Shown in pieces: positions 28,488 through 38,393 of a stretch of DNA of 59,966 nt; within the stretch, counting starts at the first letter, position 1, and each line of letters starts with the position of its first letter. The stretch covers positions 1-59,966 of IMG/VR virus record IMGVR_UViG_3300046000_004102. One strand, given 5' to 3'. The notes under the pieces were generated by a model that was given only the letters and a program-made list of their open reading frames with translations, was not told the DNA's origin and searched no databases. The position numbers were made by a program, and so were the translations under genes. The DNA is from a virus. Taxonomy: Duplodnaviria; Caudoviricetes.

Positions 28488-29066
28488 TTAGTCTTGCAAG
28501 TTTATTTTATTTGATTTTTTGCTATTCTCTTCACGAGTTATAACTGCTAAATTCCAAGGTACATGTAGCCCGCTAACAAACTCACCACGGAGCGGTACAA
28601 TATGGTCTACAGCATAGGGCACTCCAGTAACTTTACTGACTAGCATAGCATCTAAGTAGAACTGTTTAATTTGTGCTTTATGCTCTTGTGTGAGCCATTT
28701 GGGTGTGGCTTGTTTGTGCTTTGTTCTACGGTGTTTATTATCAGCTTTTACTAGCTCAGGGTTATTTTTTTGCCAAGCTCTTCTATACTGCATTATAGCT
28801 TCTGGTTTTCTACTTTGGGCTCTTAATTTTACCAATTCTTTATTATTTTCATAATATTTCTTACCTGCTTTTTTACTAGCTTCTGATTTTGGTAATAATG
28901 CACGTTTTGCATTAGTTTCTTCCCATTCTATTTTTTGACACTCAACACATGTACCTTTAGTTTTACGTAGAGCTATGTGACCGTGTTTACATGGAAGCCC
29001 TGTAAAATAGTGAGTTGCTTTAGTTTCTTGAGCTTCTTTACGGGTTGTTGGGTATTGGCTGTACAT
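28488..29066 (-). CDS. HNH homing endonuclease
   Basis: YFTG.PCKHGH...CVEC; VDHIVPLRG..VSGLHVPWNL....EN..KSN; likely ATG 29066 after acagga. Confidence 0.85.
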   Translation of the reverse strand: MYSQYPTTRKEAQETKATHYFTGLPCKHGHIALRKTKGTCVECQKIEWEETNAKRALLPKSEASKKAGKKYYENNKELVKLRAQSRKPEAIMQYRRAWQKNNPELVKADNKHRRTKHKQATPKWLTQEHKAQIKQFYLDAMLVSKVTGVPYAVDHIVPLRGEFVSGLHVPWNLAVITREENSKKSNKINLQD

Positions 29067-29132
29067 GATATTATCCTGTTTTGGTTTCGTTACAGGTAAT
29101 ATTATATATACTTTTTTAAAAATAGCAAACAT

Positions 29133-29158
29133 AAAAAAGGCCCACCGAAGTGAGCCTT
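29133..29158 (-). terminator. Rho-independent terminator after the major capsid gene
   Basis: Minus strand aaggctcac-TTCG-gtgggcctt followed by a T-run. Confidence 0.85.
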
Positions 29159-29181
29159 AATTTAGTTGGAGCCCTTTATTA

Positions 29182-30090
29182 TCAAGCGCCGGTCGATCCG
29201 TACATACTCAGGGGATCACTCCAGCCAAAGCTGTAACGCTCTCTTGAACGGTATCTTACGTTTCCGGTGTCGAAATCACCGCTCATGTCATTAGTAATGG
29301 GAGCACGAACAAAGTGCTTCATACCATTTGGCACGTCAGTAGTTAAGAACCAAGCATTGCTGTCAGTCAAGAAGTGGTTGATAGCATAACCTTGTGGAAT
29401 AGAACCGTTGTTTTTCAATGCGTTGATATCATTGTCAGCAGTTCCTACACGTTGTTCAGTTTCCAACAAACGAGTTGCAACGAATTGCAATGCAGGTGGA
29501 ACGATCAACTTTTTAGGTTTAGCAGCAATCAACAGACCACGCTCATCAGTCCATGCAGCGATTTGAATAACAGCCGCTTCCAAAGAAGTTTCGTTTAAAT
29601 CAGCAGGAGTTGAAGGAATGTTACTGTTAGTACCACCAGAAACTAATGGGTGAGCAGATGAGAACAAAGATACGCCGTCACCACCAACATAGCTAGAAGA
29701 GAAGCCGTTGTTTAATACAGCAGCTGCTTTAACTTGTTTAGTGTAAGACATAGCACGAGCCAAACCTTTAGTGTAACGAGCAGACAAAGAGTCATACAAG
29801 TTATCTTCAATAGCTTCTTCAGTTAATGAGAAGCCTAAAGCAATAGTTTCGTGGTTGTAGCGTGAAGTCCAAGCTTCTTGAGCATTGTCATAAGCGATGG
29901 CCGAACCTTCGTTTTTAACAGGAGCTGCAGAGAAACCAGACAGTTTTGTTTCTTCTTCAAATGAACGCTCAGAAGACTCAGTTTCATAAATTTCTTTATG
30001 TTCTTCGCCGTAACGAGCATATTCCAAACCAAACAGAGCGTTAAGACCCGGTAATAGTTCTTTTAATAGTTGTGCACGTGAAATAGCCAT
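29182..30090 (-). CDS. Major capsid protein (HK97 fold, Mu gpT-like family)
   Basis: MAISRAQLLKELLPGLNALFGLEY, EEAIEDNLY, GGDGVSLFSSAHP, DFDTGNVRY..RERYSFG. Confidence 0.9.
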   Translation of the reverse strand: MAISRAQLLKELLPGLNALFGLEYARYGEEHKEIYETESSERSFEEETKLSGFSAAPVKNEGSAIAYDNAQEAWTSRYNHETIALGFSLTEEAIEDNLYDSLSARYTKGLARAMSYTKQVKAAAVLNNGFSSSYVGGDGVSLFSSAHPLVSGGTNSNIPSTPADLNETSLEAAVIQIAAWTDERGLLIAAKPKKLIVPPALQFVATRLLETEQRVGTADNDINALKNNGSIPQGYAINHFLTDSNAWFLTTDVPNGMKHFVRAPITNDMSGDFDTGNVRYRSRERYSFGWSDPLSMYGSTGA

Positions 30091-30103
30091 ATATTATTGC
30101 TCC

Positions 30104-30919
30104 TTAAGCGCCGTAATATGAATGAATACCGAAGTTAATTTTAACCAACACTTCTGGGTATTGGACAATAACTAAGGTAGCAGAAGCTGGGATAGTTACA
30201 CCAGACGCTGCGTTCATAACAAGAGAAGTTGCACCCACAGCATAGTTAGCTGTTAAGAATGAACCAGTTTGTACTAATTGACCATTAGCAGCTATAAAGT
30301 TAACTTCAGAACCAATTACTAATGGAGAAGTTAAAGCTGGTACAGTAATAGTAGCAGATGTAGTTGAAGTGCTTGGAACAGCAGTAGATATAGCTGTTTC
30401 TTTAACAGTATCAATAACACGGTACACTAAACCAGTACTAGGAGTTGCAGATGGAGTAACAGCACCTACAGTAGAGTTACCTGTATTTACGTTAGCAGCA
30501 GCATCAGCACCAGCTACGTTTAAGCCAACTAAAGCTTGTGAACCAGAAGTAACAGTACCACCAGCTGCAGATAACATAACAACTTTAAAGATAGTATCTG
30601 GGTCATCAGTAACAATAGCAACAGCGTCACCAGCCAAAGTACCAGCAGGCCAGTATTGAGCAAATTGTTTTTGCTTAGTAGTAGGGTTGGTATAAGAACA
30701 GCCCAAGAAAATACCAGTGATTTGTTTACCAGTAGTTGCAGCAGCAATAGTAGGTCTAATAATAGTACCAGACGCAATTACAACTGGGTCTCCATAACCA
30801 ATGTTGACGTTATAGCCATATTGAATAGGGATGTTGCGAGTGGAGCCAGCAAAAACCTGACCTCCAATCAAATTTATGGGTTTTAAGCCATATGGTGCAC
30901 TTACAGTAGGGTAAGCCAT
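30104..30919 (-). CDS. Head decoration/minor capsid protein
   Basis: APYGLKP, GIFLGCSY..P, V.DDPD..F; immediately upstream of the major capsid gene. Confidence 0.6.
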   Translation of the reverse strand: MAYPTVSAPYGLKPINLIGGQVFAGSTRNIPIQYGYNVNIGYGDPVVIASGTIIRPTIAAATTGKQITGIFLGCSYTNPTTKQKQFAQYWPAGTLAGDAVAIVTDDPDTIFKVVMLSAAGGTVTSGSQALVGLNVAGADAAANVNTGNSTVGAVTPSATPSTGLVYRVIDTVKETAISTAVPSTSTTSATITVPALTSPLVIGSEVNFIAANGQLVQTGSFLTANYAVGATSLVMNAASGVTIPASATLVIVQYPEVLVKINFGIHSYYGA

Positions 30920-30941
30920 TTAAACCTCCAAAAAGAGAATA

Positions 30942-31388
30942 TTATTGTCTGCCAAAGGATGTTGTAGATTTTCGCTCATTAAATAACGGCATTCTTGGAT
31001 CGCTTTGACGCATCAAATTATTATCTACTGCTTCTGTTTGCGCCTGAGTTTGTTTATTAAAGTGTTCATTACGTTGCTCAATAAACTCAACAGGTGTCTT
31101 ACATAACAATAAACCGCCAATCTCTATGTTGTCTCTAAAACGACTTTCGGGATCGACTAACAGTTGCATTTTTGGTTGTTCCGAAACACTAACAGGCTCC
31201 CAACCTTCTCTCAGTTTTGCTGACAAGTTTCTTGGGTCAGCCGCATTTAGCGTTGACGTTCTAATCCATCTGTACGCGTAACCCGGTTGCTTATCCGGTT
31301 CAGGAAGAAGCTCAGCTGGCGCCCACTGCTTAGGACGGGCTGAAGTGTCACGTGTTTGGGTATCTCTGTTCAATCTATTTTCGGCCAT
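30942..31388 (-). CDS. Conserved head-module protein
   Basis: W.P..LLP.P...GY.YRWIR, REGWEPV, GGLLLCK. Confidence 0.65.
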   Translation of the reverse strand: MAENRLNRDTQTRDTSARPKQWAPAELLPEPDKQPGYAYRWIRTSTLNAADPRNLSAKLREGWEPVSVSEQPKMQLLVDPESRFRDNIEIGGLLLCKTPVEFIEQRNEHFNKQTQAQTEAVDNNLMRQSDPRMPLFNERKSTTSFGRQ

Positions 31389-31389
31389 G

Positions 31390-32349
31390 TTAGGCTCCTA
31401 ATTTGGTTAGTTCACGGGCGTATTGTTCATTAGTTAATCCAAATTTCTTGGCTAATGCTACTTGTGTCTTGCTGAGCGTCACCTTTTTAGGGGCGGTGCT
31501 TCTTTTTGCAGGAGCTACTACCGTGCTAAGTTTTGATGTACGCTGAGCTTTAGGCTCATCGTTTTGATCGCTAAATTCTTCTGGGAATCTGCGTTGTACT
31601 TCTTGGTCGATACGTTTATAGTATTCATCACTTCCGATGAACTTTTCCCCATAAGTTTCTAAGAGGTCTTCGTGTATGCCTACAGCGAATCTACTCATAG
31701 CTTTCTTAGTTGGGTCAACATACCACGGATTTTCGGCTACCCATTCCGCTGCCTTCGGGTCTTGCTGTACAGCACGTTGCTGTTTTTGTAATAACTGTGC
31801 ACCTGTGTCGGTGTTTTGTGCAGTAGGCCTGAAATTTTGAGCTTTGTCAAGTTTATTTGTTGCTTTCATCAATTCTTCTTGTGCTTCGATGATCGCATCA
31901 GTATTCCCGTAGTCATAAGCTTCCTTATAATTACGTTTAGCCTTCTCCACTTCTAACTCAGCAGAGGATTGATAAGTGCTTATTAGCTCCTTCTCTCCTG
32001 ATTCAAGTAAAGATTTTAAATGTTTGTTTTCATCCAGTATTTTTTGAGCTACAGCTAGAGCTTCTTCTTGCTCACGATAAGCCTCTTCTTTAGCCCTACG
32101 TTCGTCATGCCATGCTTTTTTATACTGTTTAAACTTAGTTTGAACCTTACCTGAATAGTCGTCAGAACTGTCAGCATCTTCTAGTTCATCAACAACTTCT
32201 TTTGGTAATGGGGGTCTAGCATTTCTATCAGCTACAGGGGTATCGTCTTCAATTTCAATCTCAATACCATCAATTTCATCAATTTCTAATTCTACATCCC
32301 CACCAGCTTCGTCAGGGAACTCATAATCATCTGCTTCGTACTTAGCCAT
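31390..32349 (-). CDS. Capsid scaffolding protein
   Basis: Acidic N-terminus, long coiled coil, W..NPW, C-terminal Q..LAKK.GL..E.YA; lies between portal and capsid genes. Confidence 0.7.
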   Translation of the reverse strand: MAKYEADDYEFPDEAGGDVELEIDEIDGIEIEIEDDTPVADRNARPPLPKEVVDELEDADSSDDYSGKVQTKFKQYKKAWHDERRAKEEAYREQEEALAVAQKILDENKHLKSLLESGEKELISTYQSSAELEVEKAKRNYKEAYDYGNTDAIIEAQEELMKATNKLDKAQNFRPTAQNTDTGAQLLQKQQRAVQQDPKAAEWVAENPWYVDPTKKAMSRFAVGIHEDLLETYGEKFIGSDEYYKRIDQEVQRRFPEEFSDQNDEPKAQRTSKLSTVVAPAKRSTAPKKVTLSKTQVALAKKFGLTNEQYARELTKLGA

Positions 32350-32350
32350 T

Positions 32351-32653
32351 TTATTTTCCTTTTATTAAAACTGGAAATCCTGTTTCCACATATACATCAA
32401 TAACAGCATTTGGTACAAAGGATAATGCTTCTGCTATAGAATATGATCCATCAGGATTACGTTGTTGAGTTGTAACTTGGACCAAACATCCTACCCCTGC
32501 TATCTCCATAGCTTTAGTAGACTTCATCCAACCTTGTTCATCGCTAGATGCTTTACAAATCAGTCTAAATGTGTCGCCATCTCCAAACACTTTTATATCT
32601 GAAATATTTGCTCGTGCGCCTTTAACATCTGATATATCTAAAGTTTTGCTCAT
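32351..32653 (-). CDS. Hypothetical phage protein
   Basis: GWMKSTKAMEI.GVGC.VQVTTQQ...AEAL.FVP. Confidence 0.6.
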   Translation of the reverse strand: MSKTLDISDVKGARANISDIKVFGDGDTFRLICKASSDEQGWMKSTKAMEIAGVGCLVQVTTQQRNPDGSYSIAEALSFVPNAVIDVYVETGFPVLIKGK

Positions 32654-33069
32654 TTTGCCCTCCGAATGCCTCTAGGGTCTAAAACAACTGCTTCAACACT
32701 ATCATCATTAATTACACGCATCTCAGTTCCGTGAATCTCAACTCTAGTGCCAGCGTTAGGTCTTACAAGGACAAAATCCCCAACTTTGCACCAAGGGCCA
32801 GTAGGAAAACGGTCTTTGTCACCATAGCAGTCAGGGCCCATAGCCACAACAAACAACACAGTAGCCAAAAGATTTTCATGCCGCATAGTTTCATCAGCTT
32901 TAAGAAGACCGCTTTCATACTCTTTCTCCACTTCAGGTAACGCACACAGTATACGGTATCCTGTTGGTGTAGGCAGTTGTGTTGCCTTTTCTTCATTAGT
33001 AGCCTCAAGGTCTACCGACCCTACGACTTGGGGGTTGTTTGGATTGGATCCAATTAGGATTTTACTCAT
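32650..33069 (-). CDS. GroES/Cpn10-like co-chaperonin
   Basis: P.GYRIL, SGL, VVAMGP, KVGDFV, E.RVINDD.V.AV. Confidence 0.8.
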   Translation of the reverse strand: MSKILIGSNPNNPQVVGSVDLEATNEEKATQLPTPTGYRILCALPEVEKEYESGLLKADETMRHENLLATVLFVVAMGPDCYGDKDRFPTGPWCKVGDFVLVRPNAGTRVEIHGTEMRVINDDSVEAVVLDPRGIRRAK

Positions 33070-33257
33070 TCGTCTTCGAACTCCAGTTTTTTAGTTAGTA
33101 CTTCTATGGCGCTTCGCGCTTGGTCTAAACCTTGGATCTGCCCACATATGTACTTATATGCTGCATAATCCTCTGCTCTACCAGACGCTAACGCTTGTGT
33201 TAATAACGCTACTCTGTCATCAATTTGTTTAAAGAGAATCTCCGCTTCTCTATCCAT
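33066..33257 (-). CDS. Hypothetical phage protein
   Basis: L.SG...DY..YK...GQI.GL pattern, between portal and co-chaperonin. Confidence 0.6.
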   Translation of the reverse strand: MDREAEILFKQIDDRVALLTQALASGRAEDYAAYKYICGQIQGLDQARSAIEVLTKKLEFEDE

Positions 33258-33308
33258 TATTTATCTCCAAATGCTGTTGCTGAGGCCACAAGTGACGCGG
33301 CCTCTAGG

Positions 33309-35897
33309 TTATTTTTTGCGTTTTTCTACCTGTCTTTCAGCTTGTCTTTCAGCTATTTGTGCTTGTCTTTCAGCTAAGAACTTAGCATGGTCATGCTGTT
33401 GATTAGTTTGCTGCTTATGGTGTGCACGCTCACTTTCTTTAAGTGCTACATCCACACCTAACTTAGCTGCCATCTCATCTTGCTTTGCTCGTAATTGAGC
33501 TTGCGTATCTTGCATCTTAGCTGAGATTTGTGCTCCTGTAGACTGTTGTTGAGCACCAATACGCTCACGATCAACTTGTATCTTCATAGCTTCCAACTGA
33601 GCATCAGACTGATCTTTAGCTACTTTGCGTTGCAAGTCCTGAGCTTTAAGTTGCAGCTCTTGTTGTTGCATTTGTATCAACGGATCCTGAGCTTTCTGTT
33701 GATTTCGTTGTGCTTGAGCTTCTTGTTGATTTTGCTGTAACAACTGTTGTGATGCCTGAGCTGCTAATTTGGAGATTTGAACTTCCATAGCTTCAGGTAT
33801 AGTCACTTGGTTGTCAGTATCATCTTCACCGTAGTTAGGAATATCCATACCCATAGTTTGCTCAATCTGTTTTCTATACTCATACCCTAAGTGCTCATTA
33901 ATATGTGCAGACATTGCCGCTTGTAATGCCGCTAGAGCTTGTGGGTTTTGACCCATAGACTGTTGAATAACCATTTGAACTTTAGGATCTTGCATAGCAG
34001 ACATATGTACAGCAATATGAGCTTGATGATCTTGGTACAAAAATGCTTTAACAGGTTTGTTTTTGAGGATGTTTTGATTCTCTGTAACTGGGTCACGAGG
34101 TTTCATATCATCTTCCATAGGCACTAACTTTTGATAGTTAGGTATACCTAGTACTTCCAGCATTTGCCTGTGTAATACAGGCATGTTATATAGCTGTGGT
34201 GCGCCTTGTGCTAGTTGTAAGGCTGCTTGGTATTGGACGACCTTTTGTGCCATAGTTGCGGCATTTGGGTCAGAGACAGGTAAAACATACACCAAATCAT
34301 AATCAGCTTTCTTAGCGTGTCTACTACCTTCTGTGGGCTCATATGCATATTCCTCTGGGCAATAATCTCTAATAATGTTACGTAGTAAAATAAACTCTTG
34401 TTTCATCGAGTAGTGAATACGCGACTGAACTGCGCTCATTACTTTAAGGGTTCGCTCGAGTACAGCCAATGTTGTACCAACAGGACTATTAGAGGACATA
34501 TCAGAGACAGCAAGATCAGCAGCCCCAGCAAAACGGCGACCTTCATCAACGATTCCTTGTAGTAGAGTTAATAGTGTTTGGCTTGGTTCTTTGTACGGCA
34601 GTGGCATGAAGTTATCACGCATTACACCAGATGGTACATCTACATCCCTCCACTCGCCCGGAGCAATTGGAGTATCATCACCCTTAACTCTTAATCCTCT
34701 AGTTTTAAAGCCCCCCGGAAGATTACTGAGAGTGCCCGCGTCAACCAACTGGCGAAGGATTGAAGTACTAGACTTGGCGAAAGCACCAATAAGATGAATA
34801 AGCCCAAAACAATAAAAGCCAAAACCCGGCACATAGCCATAGTGAACGAAGTGATTGCGTTTTTTACATGATTCATCTTCAGGGTCCCAATTTCTGCGAA
34901 TTGAAAGGATAGTTCCAGTGCCTTTTTCAATAGTAACTACATAAGGCAGGGCTATGTCAGTTTTTTTACCATCTTCATCTTCATGCTCAAACCCTTCTAA
35001 ATTGATTTCAACATGCATTTCCAACAACTTAAACCGATCATCCGTTGACGCTCTAAACCCAAGCTTATCAGCTATCTTCTTCTCAACGTCATCCATAGTA
35101 TTGGAAGGTTCACCAAGGTCCACATCTCTGTAAAAACCCTCATACTGCAATCTACGTATCTCATTCTCAGTCTTGCGCATTACATGGGTCACACGTTCTG
35201 CAGACTCAAGGCTTGATGCGCCATATGGTACAACTACATCTTCAGCAGGTACGTACATAGACACTTGACGACCTAAATACGGGTCATAATATACTTTCTT
35301 AAACGCATTACCTGCTAATCCTAAGCCCCATAACATACGCTCATGCTCTGGTCTATACTCAGTCATAACATCAGTAAGCTGATAGTTCATATCGTCCTGA
35401 ACACGCTGTGCAGCTTCTTTCTTATCTTCTGTTTCTTTACCAATTATTTGTGTTTTAACTGGTCCAGACGCAGGGAATGTAGCCGTAATTGTCTCAGCTT
35501 GAAACTTAATAACAGCCTCAGTTAATAGTGGGTGGTACACACCACATGCGCCTTCCCAAGGCTCTGAGCGTTCTTCCATCTTAAGACCTAACAACTCTAA
35601 CCCATCAACATAGGTTTGTACCCAGTCTTTACGTGCGCTTACATCAGACTCAAAGTCATTAATAAGATCTGAGGCTAGAGAATCAAGAGTTGCATCATCT
35701 ATCTCTTCAGCAAGGTTTGCGTTAAATTTTTCTTCATCGACTTCTTTTTGAATCTGAAGAATAATCTCATCACCATGACTTATCGTTACTGACTCAGGAT
35801 CTTCAATCTCAATTTCAAGAGGTTCTTGATTTAGGTCTTCTTCTTGATCTATGGCATCTAAGCCCATAGGGGCCGGGTTTACACTTTTATCTATCAT
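33309..35897 (-). CDS. Portal protein
   Basis: 862 aa directly after TerL; PW.GACGV.HP.L.EA...FQA, G.AFKKVY.D, RQL.DAGTL.NLP.G; Gln-rich C-terminal coiled coil like the P22 barrel. Confidence 0.85.
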   Translation of the reverse strand: MIDKSVNPAPMGLDAIDQEEDLNQEPLEIEIEDPESVTISHGDEIILQIQKEVDEEKFNANLAEEIDDATLDSLASDLINDFESDVSARKDWVQTYVDGLELLGLKMEERSEPWEGACGVYHPLLTEAVIKFQAETITATFPASGPVKTQIIGKETEDKKEAAQRVQDDMNYQLTDVMTEYRPEHERMLWGLGLAGNAFKKVYYDPYLGRQVSMYVPAEDVVVPYGASSLESAERVTHVMRKTENEIRRLQYEGFYRDVDLGEPSNTMDDVEKKIADKLGFRASTDDRFKLLEMHVEINLEGFEHEDEDGKKTDIALPYVVTIEKGTGTILSIRRNWDPEDESCKKRNHFVHYGYVPGFGFYCFGLIHLIGAFAKSSTSILRQLVDAGTLSNLPGGFKTRGLRVKGDDTPIAPGEWRDVDVPSGVMRDNFMPLPYKEPSQTLLTLLQGIVDEGRRFAGAADLAVSDMSSNSPVGTTLAVLERTLKVMSAVQSRIHYSMKQEFILLRNIIRDYCPEEYAYEPTEGSRHAKKADYDLVYVLPVSDPNAATMAQKVVQYQAALQLAQGAPQLYNMPVLHRQMLEVLGIPNYQKLVPMEDDMKPRDPVTENQNILKNKPVKAFLYQDHQAHIAVHMSAMQDPKVQMVIQQSMGQNPQALAALQAAMSAHINEHLGYEYRKQIEQTMGMDIPNYGEDDTDNQVTIPEAMEVQISKLAAQASQQLLQQNQQEAQAQRNQQKAQDPLIQMQQQELQLKAQDLQRKVAKDQSDAQLEAMKIQVDRERIGAQQQSTGAQISAKMQDTQAQLRAKQDEMAAKLGVDVALKESERAHHKQQTNQQHDHAKFLAERQAQIAERQAERQVEKRKK

Positions 35898-35910
35898 TAT
35901 GTTTCCTTAT

Positions 35911-36009
35911 TTAACAGGGAGTTATAAGTGTTAAAACATAGCAGGCTGCCAATACTAACAATGCACACCCTAAAAATTCTATTAACATTTGTTTAAATTC
36001 TTTATTCAT
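35911..36009 (-). CDS. Small single-TM peptide between TerL and portal
   Basis: MNKEFKQMLIEFLGCALLVLAACYVLTLITPC; ATG abuts the TerL stop. Confidence 0.4.
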   Translation of the reverse strand: MNKEFKQMLIEFLGCALLVLAACYVLTLITPC

Positions 36010-37542
36010 TTAATAATACGCTGCTTGTCTTGGTGTAAAATCACTATCCATATCGTCAGAGTCCAAACGCAAACTTAAGAATCCACCTTTGCGAAATCTA
36101 GATATTCCCATTGACACGCAGTCCACATAGTCATCGTGTTGCCCTGCAGGAAATGATGCCACTTCTTCTATAACCTCATCTGCCCAACGAGTATTTGGAA
36201 CCCATACTCTACCAGATGCAAATACATCGGCAACAGCATTTAATCTAGAAATCTTATCATTACCACGACTTGGTGTAAATTCTGACACTGGAACACCTGT
36301 TGCTCGCAACTCATAAATTAAAGGCGCACCAGAGGCTTTCTTTTCTATAATCAACGCATCAGGTTGCCAGTACTTATACTCATCTAACACAGCCTCCTTA
36401 AGCCTAGGAAACTCCATACGATCACGTTTGGCATCTAGCATAATGATGTTGGCTTGAGTAATACCATTTTCATCAGCGTGATAGAACACTCCCCACGTAA
36501 TACATGCAGAATAGTCTGCTCGGTTGTGTTTTTCAAACGCAGTATCCCACGTTTGCAGTATAAAATCTGTAGGTGGTGGGGAATCACTCTCCCATTTCTG
36601 CCACCATTCACGTTTAACTATCGCCCCTTCTTCAGAAGTTGGGTTCTGTTGATACTGAGCTTGCCATTTTGAAACATCAATGGCGTTTCTAGTAGCCTCT
36701 AACTCCTCTATTGTCCAAAACTCAGGCCACAAAGGTTTACCTGAAGGTAGAATAGCAGGAAGTTCTACTACACGCCACTTATCTCCGCCCCCATTTAACT
36801 CTTTTTGCCTAACTTGTCCAGTTAAATCTCGTTTCGACCATCGGGTTTGGACGATAATTATGGCCCCACCCGGCTGTAGCCGCTGCCTAGGCCCTGATGT
36901 GTACCACTCATACACTTTATCGTAGATCTCAGGGTTACTTGCAGCTATTGCAGCCTCTTGTTCCGAGTGTGGATCATCAATTATGAGTATATCCGCACCA
37001 ATACCTGTTACAGCACCACCGACACCGATTGCAAAGTAGTTACCCCCAGCGCTGGTGTTCCATCTACCCGCAGCTTTAGAGTCAGTCTGCAGCTCAACGC
37101 CTGGGAACACTTCCTGATAGAGCGGATTAGCCACTAAGTTACGAACCTTACGACCAAAACCTACAGCAAGTTCGGCTGTGTGCGAGCATTGTATGATCTT
37201 TTTATCAGGATACTTACCAAGAAACCACGCTGGTAATAAAAAAGACCCAAACTCAGACTTAGTATGCCTTGGACCAAGGTTAATAATTAGCCGCTTATTC
37301 TCGCCGTTAACTACTTTTTCAAATTCTTGTGCCATTCTGGCATGGTGGCGACCATAAATAAATCCAGGCCATACCTTTTGCACAAAAGCTAAGAAATTTA
37401 CCTGTGCCTGTTCCCGCGCATGTCGTCTGTGTAACTCATCGATCAATTCAACAAGCTTTGCTCGTTCACTAACTGGCGCAGCTGCAAGGGCAGCAGTAAG
37501 TATTTCCTCATTTAGAGCAATATTACCTAAATGATTACTCAT
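36010..37542 (-). CDS. terL: Terminase large subunit
   Basis: PRHTKS Walker A, IIDDPH Walker B, QTRW, YQQ.P, WDTA and HDDYVD nuclease motifs. Confidence 0.93.
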   Translation of the reverse strand: MSNHLGNIALNEEILTAALAAAPVSERAKLVELIDELHRRHAREQAQVNFLAFVQKVWPGFIYGRHHARMAQEFEKVVNGENKRLIINLGPRHTKSEFGSFLLPAWFLGKYPDKKIIQCSHTAELAVGFGRKVRNLVANPLYQEVFPGVELQTDSKAAGRWNTSAGGNYFAIGVGGAVTGIGADILIIDDPHSEQEAAIAASNPEIYDKVYEWYTSGPRQRLQPGGAIIIVQTRWSKRDLTGQVRQKELNGGGDKWRVVELPAILPSGKPLWPEFWTIEELEATRNAIDVSKWQAQYQQNPTSEEGAIVKREWWQKWESDSPPPTDFILQTWDTAFEKHNRADYSACITWGVFYHADENGITQANIIMLDAKRDRMEFPRLKEAVLDEYKYWQPDALIIEKKASGAPLIYELRATGVPVSEFTPSRGNDKISRLNAVADVFASGRVWVPNTRWADEVIEEVASFPAGQHDDYVDCVSMGISRFRKGGFLSLRLDSDDMDSDFTPRQAAYY

Positions 37543-38009
37543 TCATCTTCGTCCGCAGACTCTACCTCTTCATCAACACTGTAACCACGTAGCTCTTCAT
37601 CAGTAAGTTCTGGTACAACTTCTTTTTCAGGTTTGGCATAGTTCTTTAACAAGCCCCTGAGTTCAGACTCTAGATCGGATGTTGGCTTATCAGCCACAGA
37701 GACTTCAATCTTAGTTGTAAATAAGCCAATCTCGGTAACACGCCCAAGTGTCTCTAATGCTTTGAGTGCGTTTTTTTCATCTTCAGACTCATTAGCAATT
37801 CTAAAAAGCTTTGCCAAGACAAATTGGCGCATTTTATTTGTGGAATTTATAAGCTGATAGTCATAGCGAGAGAGTAAAGACTCAAGTGCCGCTTGTTCGC
37901 TTATCATGGGGGGAGTGTTGCTATGAGCATCGCTCATATATAAAACTTTTGACTTATCTTTCTCGTCAAAAATAACGTCTATTGCGTCGGAATTAGAGTG
38001 TCGTATCAT
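37539..38009 (-). CDS. Putative terminase small subunit
   Basis: Helical 156 aa ORF overlapping the TerL start; LKALE.LG...IGLFT. Confidence 0.55.
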   Translation of the reverse strand: MIRHSNSDAIDVIFDEKDKSKVLYMSDAHSNTPPMISEQAALESLLSRYDYQLINSTNKMRQFVLAKLFRIANESEDEKNALKALETLGRVTEIGLFTTKIEVSVADKPTSDLESELRGLLKNYAKPEKEVVPELTDEELRGYSVDEEVESADEDE

Positions 38010-38063
38010 TCTGTCTACAGGTTGGGTTGTAGTTTGTTGAGCATTTGTAACATGCTTTTTTAA

Positions 38064-38185
38064 AAATTACAATATAAAATTTTTTGTTGACTAAATATAA
38101 ATACATAGGGGGTGTTTCTAAAATTAATATATAAAATTTTTATGTTGACTTATTGTAAATAAGGGGGAGGGTGTTTTGAAAATTG
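38064..38185. repeat. Imperfect tandem repeat (period about 58 bp), each unit containing one 17-bp operator
   Basis: atataaaattttt..gttgact.....aaat....gggtgttt..aaaatt occurs twice. Confidence 0.7.
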
Positions 38186-38274
38186 GGGATTGGCTGTGCG
38201 GAATACTATGTAAGAGACTGGGGTCAAAATATATAAAAACGGGGCATAGGGGGTAGTGTTTAGATCCTGGTTCC

Positions 38275-38341
38275 GCTTGTTTCTAAATGGTTAAAAGTCC
38301 TTATGTTTTTGCTTGTTTCTAAATGGTTAAAAGTCCTTATG
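38275..38341. repeat. Two perfect 31-bp direct repeats (period 36)
   Basis: gcttgtttctaaatggttaaaagtccttatg at 38275-38305 and 38311-38341. Confidence 0.9.
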
Positions 38342-38393
38342 CTTTTCGATTTTGATTTTAGCCGTTAGATATACAAATATAGATAGTTATTAG

